Below, piece by piece: positions 12,985-26,739 of a stretch of DNA of 64,000 nucleotides. The position numbers were made by a program, and so were the translations under genes. Below the pieces are notes generated by a model. That model was not told the DNA's origin and searched no databases. It was given only the letters and a program-made list of their open reading frames with translations. Every line of letters begins with the position of its first letter. The first letter of the stretch is position 1. This stretch comes from Felis catus. Taxonomy: Eukaryota. The DNA is taken from NCBI RefSeq assembly GCF_018350175.1, contig NC_058368.1, forward strand, positions 229,836,001 to 229,900,000, in the 5' to 3' direction.

Positions 12985-13876
12985 TGCAAAATAAAGTAAC
13001 AGTGAGGTAGTACTGCACATCTATTAGAATGGCCAAAATCCAGAATATTGTAACACCAAATTGTGGTGAAGATATAAAACTGGAAATCTTTTTTATTGCC
13101 CATGGGAATGCAACACGGTACAGCCACTTTGGAAGACAGGTCAGTGGTTTCTTCCAAAAGTCCGCACTCTCTTACCCTGTGAACCAACAGCTGTTCTTCA
13201 CACTCACACAAAGGAGTTGAAAATTTATCTCCACGGAAAAACCTGCACACAGTTGTTTGTAGCAATTTTGTTTATAATTGCCCAAACTTGGAAGCAACCA
13301 AGGTGTCCTTCAGTAGGTGGATGGATAAACTATGGTCCATCCAGACAATGGAACAATATTCAGCACTAAAGAGGAATGAGCCATGAAAAGAGATGGGGTA
13401 AACGTAAAAGCACATTGCTAAGTGAAAGAAGCCAATCCGAGAAGGCAACGTGCTGAATGATTCCAGCTATATGAAAAGGCAAAAACTATGGGGACAGTAG
13501 AAAGATCAGGGATTGTCAGGGGCTTAACGGGGGAGTAGGAATGAAATCAGTGGAGCATTGAAGACTCAAAGGGCAGTGAAAATAGTCTGTATGAGATAAT
13601 AATGGGTACGTATAATTAAGTATTTGTCCAAACCCAGTGAATATACAACACCCAGGGTGAACTGTAAGGTTACCTGTGGACTTTGGGTGATTTTGATATG
13701 TTGATCTAGATTCAGTCATTGTCACAAATGTACTACTTCGGTGGGGGATATGGATAAAGGGAGAATGTACTTGTGTAGAGCAGGGAGTATATGGGAAATC
13801 TCAATACCTTTCCCTCATTTTTACTGCAAACCTAATAAAACTGCTCTAAAAAAGTAAATTTTTAATTAAAAAAAAA
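12985..13876 (+). mobile_element. Old LINE-1 3' end (L1MC-like)
   Basis: ORF2 tail (cagccactttggaagacag; ttggaagcaaccaaggtgtccttcagtaggtg) plus 3'UTR (ggactttgggtgatt; atgggaaatctc; aaaactgctctaaaaaa). Confidence 0.85.
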
Positions 13877-16764
13877 GCTAAGGATGGATGGGAACACACA
13901 CCTATAGAAGCAAGCAGTAAATAGCATGAATATGTAAAGAAGTCACATGAGTGAATTTTCAAAAGTCATATATACTAACGTCCCAAATTTTGAAGAGGAA
14001 AGAAAACGGAAATGGATGATATATGTAAGATGAGATGTTCAACCTTGCTTACATTCATAAAGTACAAATTAGAAAGACATACTGTTTTCAGGCATCAGAT
14101 TGGCAATAATTAATGTTGGATAATATAAGGATTAGCTGTACGTGTGGGAACCTTGGGATTCAAAGTGGAGAATAGCCATCTGGGAGGGCACTTTGGCAAT
14201 ATTATTTGAAATTTGACATCAGCATTACTCATCCTCCAGCAATTTCCTAGAGCAGATCAGTGATTCTAATAGTGCATCTCTATTCTGGTAGCATCATCAT
14301 CACCTGGGACTATGTTAGAAATGCAAAGCAGGTCTCCCAGGTGATCCAAATGCCAAAATTTGACAATCACCATTATGACCATTGTTAGGTAACTAAGGGA
14401 TGACAGAACCATGCGATGAAACACTGTGCTACAATTAAGAAAATATGGGATAAATCCATATGCCTCGCCACACCAAAATATATTGTCAATAAAGCAAGCT
14501 ATAGAGCAGGATGTGATAGAATAGCCATTTATGTAAGTGGTTCAGATAAGACTTGAGTCTTACCTGAAATGACTCCAGTTGTTACAAAGGAGAAAGTATT
14601 ACTTGCCATATATACACACCGAAATGAACGATAACGAAAGGTCTTGCTAGAATGACCTGCAAGTGTAGACCAAATGGAGCCATCATTGCCAGGCGGGCCA
14701 TGTCTGGCATGGTTTCCAAACTGGGGTATGCCTATGCCATTGAGTGCATGTTGGGCTCTCGGAGAATATATTAGCTCTACTATACTGCTTGTGTGTGCAG
14801 TTTTTACACCCCAAACCAGAAAGAATAGAACTTTATTAGTTTTAGTTATGGATTGACATAGGAGCCTTCAGTCTTTCTATACATCTGATGGCCATATGAG
14901 ATTCGTAGTGAGCATATAAACTGAAGAAGTTGGGATTCTGTAATGCAACCATGTGCCTCGGTCGTTGTCCATTGTCAGTCCATTGTCTTCAATTTATTCA
15001 GTTTAAATGGTGTCATAGAACATGTTCCTTTAACATTACTGAAACTTGATACTTTGTAATGGTGACTGAGATTAAAAAATTATATCCGATAAGTGTGAAC
15101 AGCTTAAACTATCACTAGTGGAAAAAAATGCACAACTTAGGGACTAAAAAGGTTTCAAATTTTCCTCATTTTTTTCTGTGATGACAGGTGGCTCTCCACA
15201 ATATGCTACATATTTGAAAATATATTTGAAACGAAAACACATTTTAAAAGGTGGATATTTAAAGGTGGCCTTTAAAAATCAAGAGTAAGTTAACTGCTTT
15301 TATAAATGAATTATGCGCTAGAAAGAACATTTTGAATGTTTGAAAGAGCTTGGAATATGTGATTAGTCATTGTGTGACGTTGTTGCTAAGATCATGTAAG
15401 CCATTGTGTATTTTTTCATATTTGCTTACTTAACAAATCCTGAGAAATCAATGTTGTAAACATTTTTTGATTACTCGCACAGTTTCTTTCTTTCTTTCTT
15501 TTTTAATTTGGGCCCGGTTTGCTCCAAAATATTAACATGAAACAACTGGACAGTTGCGTGACTGGAGTGGAAATAAAAATTACGACCTCAAGTTCAACAA
15601 AATATTCCTTAATAATAATTAACTTTGGTCAATTACAAATGTAAGTTGTCAAGCATGTGCAAAAAGGAGCACCCCATCTCCGACTGTGGCATGGTTTCCT
15701 CCTTCTTTGCTGTTCAGCTCTGTATCTGCTACCTATGAAAGTCATCCCTATGATTCTCTGTTTAGTTTTCCAGAAGCCGCCTTTTGCCTTCCTTGCCTGT
15801 CCTGCTCATGCTTCTCTCATTCTGGCTGACTTTGTGGAAGTTGTAAAAAGGGGATTGCTGTCCTGTGCATAAATCCAGTCCAAGGAGTGGTGTCACAGTG
15901 ACCATGGTCACCTGTTAGGGCTTCTGAAGTGCTTGTTTCACATGCATTTGTTGCAGGGTGCAGTCATCATTTTTCACAAAGCTTGTTTCATTCAGGTTTT
16001 CAACAAACACAAATACCTAAGGTGAACAAACTACAATTCCTCAAAGAACTGCTGAATTAGGGAGAAAACAGGTAAAACAAGTGATGCGGAGAGTCTCGGA
16101 CCATATGGCTTGTCTGAGCAGCCAGAAGGATAAAGGAATTAAAGAAAGGTTTCAGCAGGGGTAGTATTGGCCAGGAGGAAACAGAGGACATTCTAGGAAC
16201 AAGTAAAGGCAGGAAAATGTAGAACAATATAGTTTTGAGGTAGAATTACTAGGCTTTGCTTTGGTAGAAAGCCTGTCAGCAGCTGATGGAATCTCTCCTA
16301 GGAAAATTTTTATTACTAAATTATAAATTTATGGTTCTTAGCGTGGGCTATGCATCAAAGTTGTCTGGGACCTAACCCAAGACTACTGAAACAGGACTTC
16401 AGGTTGGGACCTCAAGCACTGTATGTTTTTTTTTTTTTACAAGATCAGTTAATTTTGAGGGGCTGAGAAATTTGTGCACAACGTGTCAGTATTTAATATT
16501 CTTTTGATGTTGCAAGGCCTTGCAACAGTGATGTTTATCTTTTTCATTAGGTATCTGCTGCATCGAAAGCAATACTCTCATAGATTTAAGCAGAGTCCTT
16601 AGGGTTCTTAGCACTGTCTCAAACATAAAGTTATAAAGTAAAGGAATAACTTTAATAACAGATTGTGAAAATTCTGAATACTGTGCTAAGTTATTTAACA
16701 TTTTAATTGGTTAAAAAGGTGGATAATCATCGAGCAGAACTAACTGCATGTAAAAATTAGTTGT

Positions 16765-19700
16765 GGCCAATGGAACATTCTCCATGATAGATCACGTTAG
16801 CTCACAAACAAGCCTCAGTTCAAAAAGGTTGAAATCCTATCAAGCGTGTTTTCTAATAACCACAATATTATGAAACTAGAAATCAATTACATGAAGAGAA
16901 CTGGAAAAACCACAAATGCATGGACATTAAACAGCATGCTACTGAACAACAGCTGGGTTATTGAAAAAATCAAAGGGAAAAAACATACTTAGAAACAAAG
17001 TGGAAACAGAAAGCCAATGGTGGAATCTGTGGGATGCAGCAAAGGTGGTTCTGAGAGGGACATTCTTAGCAATACAGGCCTACCTCCAGAATGAAGAAGC
17101 ATCTCAAAAACTCTACACTTAAAGGAACTAAAAAAGAAGATCATAAACAAAGCTTAAAGTTAGTAGAAGGAAGGAAATAAAAAAGATCAGAATGGAAAGA
17201 AATGAAATAAAGACTAAAAACACAATAGAAAAGGTCGATGAGACTAAGAGGTAGTTTCTCGAAAAGATAAACAAAATTGACACACTTTTATCTAGACTCA
17301 CCAAAGAAAAAGAAGTTTCAAAAGAATAAAATCCAAAATGAAGCTACAACTGATACCACAGAAATACAAAGGATTATAAGAGACTAGTGTCAACAATTAT
17401 ATACTAACAATTGGACGATCTCGAAGAAATGGATATATTCCTAAAAAATGGACTATCTATGTAAGACTGAATCATGAAGAAATAGGAAGTCTGAAAGGAC
17501 TGATTACTATTAAGGAGATTGAATCAGTAATCAAAAGCCTCCCAACAAACAGAAGCCCAAGACCAGATGGCTTCATTGGTAAATTCTACCAAACATTCAA
17601 AAAAGATTTAACACCCATACTCAAATTATTCCAAAAAGTTGAAGAGGAAGGAATGCTTTTAAACTCATTTTACAAGTCCAGTCTTTATCCTGAAACCAAA
17701 AGCAGACAAAAACACCACACAAAAAGAAAGAAAATTATAAACAATATCCTTGATTAGCCTTGATACAAAAATGCACAATAAAATATTAGCAAACTGAATT
17801 CAACAATATATTAAAAGGATCATATGCCACCTTCAAGTGGGATTTATATCAGGGATGGAAGGATAGTTTATTTCTACAAATCAGTGTGATACAGCACTTT
17901 AACAGAATGAAGGATTAAAGTCATATAATCATCTCAATAGATGCAGAAAAAGCATATGACAAAATTCAAAATCCATTTATCATAATAACTCTCAACAAAA
18001 TAGGTATAGAGGGAATGTACCCTTAATATAATAAAAACCGTATATGGCAAACCCACAGCTAATATCATACTCAAGGGTGAAAATCGGAAAGGTTTTTCTC
18101 TGAGATCAGAATAAGACAAGGATGCCCACTCTCTTCACTTGCTTACTGATGGGAATCCTAGGTACTGCGATTAGGCAAGGAAAGGAAATAAAAGGCACTC
18201 ACATTGGAAAGAAAGAGGTGGAACTGTCACTGTTTACAGATGACATGTTACTGTATACAGAAAACCCTAAAGACCACCCAAAAACTGTTAGAACTAATAA
18301 ATGAATTCAATAAAGTGGCAGGATACAGAGTTAATATACAAAAAGCTGTTGTGTTCCTCTACACCAATAACAAAATATGACAAAGAGAAATCAAGGGAAT
18401 AACAGCACATACAATTGCATCAGAAAGAGTAAAATATCTAGAATAAATTTAACCAAGAAGGTGAAAGATTTGTACACTGAAAACTGTGAGACATTGATGA
18501 AAGGAAGTGAAGAAGACACAAATAAGTGGAAAGATACTCCCTGTTCATGGACTGGAAAAATTAATATTGTGAAGATGTTGACACTACCCAAAGGAGTGTA
18601 CAGATTCAGAGGAATCCTCATCCAACTTCCAATGGCATTTTTTTGCAGAATAGAACAAATGGTTCTAAAATTAGCATGAAACCACAAAGACACCAAATAG
18701 ATAAAGCACTCTTGAGAAAGAGGGACACAGTTAGAGGAACCACGCTCTCAGATTTCATACTGTACTACCAAGATGTATTAATCAAAACACTATGGTGTTG
18801 GTATAACAACAGACCCATAGATCAATGGAACAGAATATAAAGGCCAGAAATAAACCCATACATAGGTGCTCAATTAGTTATGATAAGGAAGCCAAGAATA
18901 TGCAATGGGGGAGAGAAAATTTGTTCAATAAATGGTGTTGAGAAAACTGGGAAGCTACAAGGAAAATAATGAAATTGCACCAGGTTCTTATACCACTCTG
19001 GATAACAGAATGGACTTCCCCAGAAAGTTAAAAATAGAACTACCCTACAGTCCAGCATTGCACTACTCGGTATTTACCCAAAGAATGCAAAAATACTAAT
19101 TCAAAGGGCTACGTGCACCCCAATGTTTACAGCAACATTATCTATAGTAGCCAAAATATGGGAACAGCCCAAGTGCCTGTCAACTGATGACTAGATAAGG
19201 AAGATGTGGTCTGTACATACAATGGAATTTTACTCAGCCATAAAATGAATGAAGTCTTGCCATTTACCAAGATGTGGATGGAGCTGGAGGTTATTATGCT
19301 AAGTGAAGTCAGTCAGAAAAAGCCAAATACCTTATGATTTCACTCATATGTGGAGTTTAAGAAACAAACAAGCAAAGGACAGACTCTTAACTATAGAGAG
19401 CAAACTGATGGTTACCAGGGGGGTCAGGGGGAAGGGATAGGGTAAAATAGGGAATGGAGATTAAGTATTGCAATTGCTGTGATAAACTCTGGGTGTTGTA
19501 TGGAAGTGTTGAATCACTGTATTGTACACCTGAAGCTAATATTACACTGTATGTTAAGTAACTGGAATTTAAATAAAAACTTAAAACAAAAGGCAACTTA
19601 CTGAATGGGAGAAGGTATTGGTAGGTCATATATCAATAGGGGGTTAATACTGAACATATATATGGAACACATACAACTCAATAAGAAAAACAACAAATAA

Positions 19701-20938
19701 TTTGTTTTAAAAATGGGCAGAGGATCTGAACAGGTGTTTTTCCAAAGAACACATACAGATAGCCAATATGCACATGAAAAGGTGCTCAACATCCTTAACC
19801 ATCATTAGAGAAATGCAAGTCAAAACTACAAATGGATATCATCTTGTACCTGCCCCGGTGGCTATTATCAGAAAGACAAGATATAACAAGTGTTGGTGAG
19901 GAGGTGGAGAAAAGGGAATCCTCATGTTCCATTGGTAAGAGTACAAGTTGGTATAGCCACTAGTGAAAACAGTATGGAGGCTTCTCAGTCACTAAATTCT
20001 ACATCTGAAACTAATCTTACACTGTGTGTTAACTAACTGGCATTTAAATAAAAATTTGAAGAAAAATGAACAAAATGCCCCCTCAAAATAGAAGTATTAT
20101 CTGATCAAGCAATTTCATTCCTGGATATCTATTAAGAAAAGGAAAATGCTAATTTAAAAAGACATATGCATGGCTACATTCATTGCAACATTGTTTATTA
20201 GGCAAGATATGGAAACAATGTAAGTGTTCATGGATGGATATACACAATGGAATATTACTCAGCCAAAAAAAGAATGAAATTTTGCCATTTGCAACAACAT
20301 GGATGGATCCAGAGAGTATAATGCTAAGTGAAATAAGTCAGAGAAAGACAAATACTGCATGATTTCACTTGTATGTGGAATCTAAAAAATCAAAACAATT
20401 AAAACCCGGACATAGAGATAAAGAAAGCAAATTGTTAATAGCCAGAACAGAGGTGAACAGGGAAAGGGTGGGTAATGTGGTAAAGGAGATAAAAAAAAAA
20501 AAAAAAATACAGACTTTCACTGGGCACCTTGGTGGCTCAGTCTCTTAAGCCTCTGACTTCAGTACAGGTCATGATCCCACGGTTCGTGGGTTTAAACCCC
20601 GTATTGGGCTCTGTGCTGACAGCTCAGAGCCTAGAGCCTGCTTCAGATTCTGTGTCTCCCTCTCTTTCTGTCCCTCCCCCATTCACACTCTGTTTCTCTC
20701 TCTCACTCTTCTCTCAAAAATAAATAAACATCAAAGAAAAAAAATTTTAAAGTACAGACTTACACTCATATATTAAGGCATAGGATGTAATGTATAGCAT
20801 GGGAACTATAATCAATAATATTAATCTCGTGTGATGAGAGATGGTAATTAGACTTATACAAAGGTCAAATCACTATGTTGTACCCCTAGAACTAATGTAA
20901 TATTGTATCTCAACCATACTTCAATTAAAAAAAAAAAC
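16765..20938 (+). mobile_element. Long degraded LINE-1 (ORF2 from post-endonuclease region through RT to 3'UTR), composite with nested L1 pieces and a SINE
   Basis: ORF2 motifs [56 protein letters not shown] with many stops and frameshifts; 3'UTR and poly(A) ending near 20938. Confidence 0.93.
20522..20748 (+). mobile_element. Can-SINE nested in L1 3'UTR
   Basis: gggcaccttggtggctcagtc head; flanked by aaatacagactt / aagtacagactt duplication. Confidence 0.92.
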
Positions 20939-20997
20939 TAGATGTGGGCGTCAGCTAATGATGACCTCAGCTTTGAAATCTTCTGAAAAATACTTTT

Positions 20998-21226
20998 ATT
21001 TTTATTTTTTTTTAATTTTTTTTAACGTTTATTTATTTTTGAGACAGAGAGAGACAGAACATGAATGGGAGAGGGTCAGAGAGAGAGGGAGACACAGAAT
21101 GTGAAACAGGCTCCAGGCTCTGAGCAGTCAGCACAGAGCCCGACACGGGGCTTGAACTCACGGACCGCGAGATCATGACCTGAGCCGAAGTCGGACACTT
21201 AACCGACTGCGCCACCCAGGCTTCCC
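20998..21226 (-). mobile_element. Feline Can-SINE with TSD
   Basis: Full reverse body; TSD tgaaaaatactttt on both sides (about 20984-20997 and 21227-21240). Confidence 0.94.
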
Positions 21227-22734
21227 TGAAAAATACTTTTAAATATGGTTTGGATAAGAGAAATATTAGATTTTCCGCATATCTTCTTCAAAAGCAGTAA
21301 ACTTGAAGTTCTACAGATGAATATCTACTGTGTATTTGTTGGGAAATCAGCCATTAATTGATAGAATTCTTTGTAGTTTAGTGTAAAAGTTCATTAAAGA
21401 TGATTGAACACATTCTCAATAGGAATTGGAAATAAAAATATTCCCCCAACAAAACTCAACTGTGTTTTAGGATTTGCTTTCACTTTTCTTACGGCAAGTC
21501 ACAAGATATCTGCATAAAATAATCTTCCTATAAATAGTCTTCCTGACTCATCTTAAAACTAGAGTCTATATTGTGTGGGCATGTGCACACATGCTTGCAC
21601 ACACACTTGCACACACACACTGAGAGCCCTTTATTAAGTGATGGAAATTTGTGCTAAATCCAATGATTTCTAATATAAACAGTCAAAAATGTTAAGTGGA
21701 GTTTCAATAATCCTTTATGTTAATTAAAAATCTTAAGACGCTCCAAATCCAGCCTCGTAAGAAGGAAAAAGTAAACCTCACAAATACTCTGCATAATTAG
21801 ATTGATTACAGATGAGATTAGAAATGTCATCACTGGGGAGCCTATTTCTTAGTGCGACTGTGGTGGCTAAGTAGTGGCATATAAATGAGTCCCTAGAAAA
21901 GTGGCTGAATTAAATGAATAAATAATGTGTAATAAGTCATGAGTTACTGGTTATTAGTATTGTTTCACTTATTTTACTTATGGTTTATGTTCATTCTCAA
22001 ATCTTTTTCTGAGTTGGTATTACAGTTGGAAACGTTTAGCATGTCTAAACTCTCAAGAGACTTTTTAAGCTAGGTGTACATATGCATAACAATTTTGCCT
22101 AGCTCTGTTTAACCAGAACAGGGTGTAAAGATATCACTGTCTAATTTAAGAAACATTATTAGTGTTAATAAAGACTTGCATTTTGTTAAAAAAAAATCAA
22201 GGTCTTTAATAACTTGCCTACTGTTGCATAGTCCAAAAGTCCTATATTAGGATCATGGGATCATTCCATCCATCACATTCCACAAATTGATATCTGATTT
22301 CACCTCTGGAGGATAACTATGTTATTGTTCTGATGTGACTTTATTGTTTTAGCTATTTTGCATCTCTGTGGTGCCTAAGCATCAGGAGGGTGAAAATTCT
22401 CTTCCTCTGGCATTTTCATGATCTGACTTCTGGCTCCTGATTTTTTTCTGATACTTAGAGAAAATGAAATTATTGTGCAATAATAAATTAAATATGGGGA
22501 TACACCCTAAAAATATCACTGAGAGTCTCAAGCTCATTATATTAGCACACTGCGAGAACGTTGAACAACTGAAGATAAATGTTTATGCACAGAAGTTATT
22601 TAGGAAAATATACCCAACTTAGAAGGAGAGAGATTTTGAGGAATTCTTCATTTTTACTTTAGTGTAAACTACTTTTCCTTAATGGCCCCAGGATAGTATT
22701 ATTTCATTTATTAAGCACTTAAAAATTATTTTCA

Positions 22735-22872
22735 GGGTGCCTGCGTGGCTCAGCTGGTAGAGAGACCAACTCTTGATTTTGGCTCCGGTCATGATCCCAG
22801 GATCGTGAGATTGAGTCCCAGGTTGGGCTCTGCTTTGAACATGGAGCCTACTTAAGATATTCTCTCTCTCTT

Positions 22873-22914
<42 letters not shown>

Positions 22915-22966
22915 GCCCTGTCCCCCCACCCACATGCTCTTTCTCTGTCTCCCAAATTAAAAAAAA
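22735..22966 (+). mobile_element. Can-SINE with expanded (CT)n
   Basis: gggtgcctgcgtggctcag head, long CT run and A tail. Confidence 0.9.
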
Positions 22967-23090
22967 TCACATTATTTATTACAAAAATTTTTATTAGTAC
23001 ACATTTTCCATTTCTCTGTTATTTTTCAATTGTCTCTGACTTCCATGAACATTTGTTTAATGTTCTGTATGTTTTCAGGTGTGTCAACTC

Positions 23091-24152
23091 TTTTTTTTTA
23101 ATGTTTATTTCTAGTTAGTTAATAGTGTTATATTAGTTTCAGGTGCACAATATAGTAATTCAGGACTTCCATACATCACCCTGTGCTCATCTCAACAAGT
23201 ACACTCCTTAATCCCCATCACCTATTTCACCCATCCTCCCCCCCCCCCCACCTCATCTGTGGTAGCCATCAGTTCTCTGTATTTAAGAGTCTGTTTCTTT
23301 CTTTTTTTTAAGTGTATTTATTTTGAGAGAGTATGCACAGGGGAGGGACAGAGCAAAAGGGTCAGCACAGGGGAGGGACAGAGCAAAAGGGTCTGTCAGC
23401 ACAGAGCCCAACATGGGGCTCCATCACCCGAATCATGAGATCACGACCTGAGCCAACATCAAGAATTGGATGCTTACTCTAGTGAGCCACCCAGGTGCCC
23501 CAAAAGTCTGTTTCATCACTTGTCTCTCTCTTATTTTTTTCCTTTGCTCATTTGTTTTGTTTCTTAAATTCCACATGAGTGAAATAATATGATATTTGTC
23601 TTTTCTCTGACTTGTCTCACTTAGCATTATCGTCTCTAGCTCCATCCATGCCATTGAAAATGGTGAGATTTCATTCTTTTTATGGTTGAATAATATTCCA
23701 TTGTATATTTATATACCACATCTTCTATGTCAACTGATGGACACTTGAGCTGTTTTCATATCTTGGCTATTGTAAATAATTCTTCTGTAAACATCGAGGT
23801 GCACGTATCCCTTTGAATTAGTATTTTTGTATCCTGGGGTAAATACCTAGTAGTGCAATTACTGGATCATAAGGTAGTTCTATTTTTAATTTTCTGAGGA
23901 GCGTCCATACTGTTCTCCAGAGTGGCTGCCTCGGTTTGCATCCCCACCAACAGTGCACAGGGGTTCCTTTTCCTCCACATCCTCGCTGACACCTGTTATC
24001 TCTTGGGTTGTTGATTTTAGCCATTCCGATGGGTGCGAGGTGATAGCTCATTGTAGTTTTGATTTGTATTTCCCTGATGATAAGGCATCTTGTGTCTGTG
24101 GGCCATCTGGCTGTCTTCTTTGGAGTAATGTCTGTTCATATCTTCTGCTCAT
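23091..24152 (-). mobile_element. Carnivore LINE-1 3' end (ORF2 C-terminus plus 3'UTR)
   Basis: Minus-strand peptide [31 protein letters not shown] and AWMELETIMLSE; poly(T) at the left end. Confidence 0.92.
23298..23501 (-). mobile_element. Can-SINE with internal duplication, nested in L1
   Basis: Reverse SINE ending gagccacccaggtgcccc; flanked by aagagtctgtttc / aaaagtctgtttc. Confidence 0.88.
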
Positions 24153-25579
24153 TGTCGGCTCTTACCATCATTTTGCCATAGGTTATGTCATTTTCAACAA
24201 GGCAACAATACATGTTATAGTATCAACTCTGTATGTATCCACTGATCCCCAAAAGAAAGTCTACAGGATCCCCAGGGTTTTCTGTAAGCTATTGTCTTTT
24301 CTGTTCTGCTTAAAAGCAGCAGTTTTGTGGAAGTGGTATGCAGTCTGTCTACGGAACATGCCTGTGGCGCCCTGCTGAGGGGCTTCACAAATCTCCTTTC
24401 TTAATCTTCCAGCTTCTCTGAGAGTTCCGTGTCTCAGGGTGGGGGGGGGGGCAGGGAGAGCCATGACACAGGAAGTCCTGGTACCAGGACGGTAACACTG
24501 GCATTCAGGGTCTTCCCTGTCTTTGGTGGCCCTGGGAAGGAAACGAAGAATCCTCTGAGCAATAGGGCAGGACAGTGGTTTGTTAGAAATAGAACAGAAG
24601 ACATAATTGCAGGTGGCAAATGAGAAGAGCTGCCAAGACGAAATAATAGTGCATATTTGCCAGTTCCTAGTGGAGGTCATGACCGGATCTGCAGTATACT
24701 TGATATGTGCCTGTGGTGGGGGAGAAACTTCGTTCCCTGGACCTCTCTTGCCACAGGAAGGCACACCAACTAGAGAAATCTTGACTTCTCTCAGCTAGCT
24801 CTCTCATGTCCCCTTGGGTGATTGGGGAGCCTAGGGAAGGGACTTGGCATGTGTTGATCCCCTTCTTCCTCCTCTTTGGGGTCTGCCTCTGCATCGCTCT
24901 GCTTTATAATTCATTAAGGTGGCTAAAGCAGCCTCAGTTGGTCTGGCTGTGTATGTACTTCAGTATCCGCGTTCCTTCTGGCCCACAGCTGTAAGCCACA
25001 TTCTCCAAAGTCCACGAGACTAGCACTAAGAGTGAATTTTTTATGTCCATTTTTTCAGTCTTGCATCAGTCTCTTCCTTGGTTCTAAACTTAGGCTTTAA
25101 GCAGAAGTGTGATTTACTCAACTCCCTAGAATATTAACATCATAGATATTGGTGAATTGGGTGTAATCAGAAGAAAGATCAGCACATATAAGGGAAATAC
25201 ATTCCTAATATCATAATGGAATATGGTAATGAAACGTGAAGATATTGAAGTTTTCATAGTAAACTTGGATAGTTCGTAAATGAAGGTTAAATTAGGCCCA
25301 AGCAAATGATTCTTTTTGAAATGTTGCTGTGGTATGTAAACACTTTTAAAATAGTCCAGCAGTATATAACAAAGCATGAAACTTTATATGAAAAACACAC
25401 ACGTTTACGCTTGATTTTATACACATTGGATGTGCTTGATAGAGAGTTTAGATGACTACCAAAGTCATTTTATTGTCCTGATGAGTGGTTAATTTAGGGT
25501 TGGTCTTCAATCTTATTTCTTATAAAGGAAATTCTAAATATCATAAGGTTACACTTTTTTTTCGTATTTAGTCGAGCAG

Positions 25580-25826
25580 TTTTTTTTTTTTAAAGTTTAC
25601 CCATTTATGTTGAGAGAGAGCATGCATGTACATGTGCATGTGGTAGAGGGGAAGAGAGAGGGAGAGGGAGGGAGGGAGGGAGAGAGAGAAAGAGAGGGAG
25701 AAGAGAGAATCCTAAGCAGGCTCCTTACTGTCAGCACGGAACCCTCAAACCCATAAACCCTGAGATCATAACCTGAGCTGAAACCAAGAGTCAGATACTT
25801 AGCTGTCTAAGCCACACACGCACCCC
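25580..25826 (-). mobile_element. Can-SINE
   Basis: T tail, GA-rich tract, gagaatcctaagcaggctcc, gagatcataacctgagctgaaaccaagagtc. Confidence 0.88.
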
Positions 25827-26029
25827 AGCAGTAGTTTTATGCTACATTTAAAATTGCTACATTGCTACACTTTAAAATTACCATCCCCCAATCCAGTCCA
25901 CGCTCCAGCCTAGTTTCTTCAGAATTTTCTGGGGACAGGAGCCCAGGTATCAATATATATTTATTAAAACCCAAATGATCCCAAAGTATAGACACATTTA
26001 AGGATTATTGTAGCAATAATTTAAAAGTA

Positions 26030-26520
26030 CGTTAGCACCCTCCCCCACCCTCATTTGCAGCTTCGCTTTCTGGGGGTTTCGGTACCTGTGCTCAAACGAG
26101 GCTGGAAACAGGTGATCGTCCTTCTGACCAATCTTGTCACATCACTGATAGCCTGATGCTGCACTTACAGTGCCTATCTCAGTCACCTCCATCTCATCAT
26201 GTATGCATTTTATCATCCCACATCATCACGAGAAGTTGGGTGAGTTTGGTACAATAAGGTATTTGGAGAGAGAGAGACAGAGACAGAGAAGAGAGAGACC
26301 ACATTCACACAACTTGTATTACAGTATGTTATTATAATTGTTCTATTTTATTATTAGTTCTTTTGTTAATTTCCCAACTGTGCCTAATTTATAAATTAAG
26401 CTTTGTTGTAAGTACATATGTAGAGGAAAAAACATAGCGTGTGTAGGGTTCAGTACTGTTGTGGTTTCAGGCATGGAGGACTTCAAACATATACCCCTCA
26501 AAGCGGGACTAGAGTAGTAC
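26030..26520. mobile_element. MER44-like (Tigger family) non-autonomous DNA transposon
   Basis: Motifs catcatcacgagaag...gggtgag...tacaataag, gagagaccacattcac, tgtgcctaatttataaattaa, aggaaaaaacatag, gggttcagtact...ggtttcaggcat. Confidence 0.75.
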
Positions 26521-26524
26521 ATTC

Positions 26525-26739
26525 TTTTTTTAAATTTTTTTTTTAACATTTATTTATTATTGAGAGACAGAGCATGAGCAGGGGAGGGGCAGAGAGAGGA
26601 GGAGACACAGAATCCAAAGCAGGCTCCAGGCTCTGAGCTGTCAGCACAGAGCCCGATGCGGGGCTCGAACCCACGAACCGCGAGGTCATGACCTGAGCCG
26701 AAGTCGGATGCTTAACCAACTGAGCCACCCAGGCGCCCC
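26525..26739 (-). mobile_element. Feline Can-SINE
   Basis: Full CpG-rich reverse body ending gagccacccaggcgcccc. Confidence 0.94.

Noticed and set aside
24261..24994. Cluster of overlapping ORFs in a GC-richer patch
   Set aside because: ORFs occur on both strands with no recognisable motifs; higher GC alone lowers stop frequency. CpG density is too low for a CpG-island promoter.
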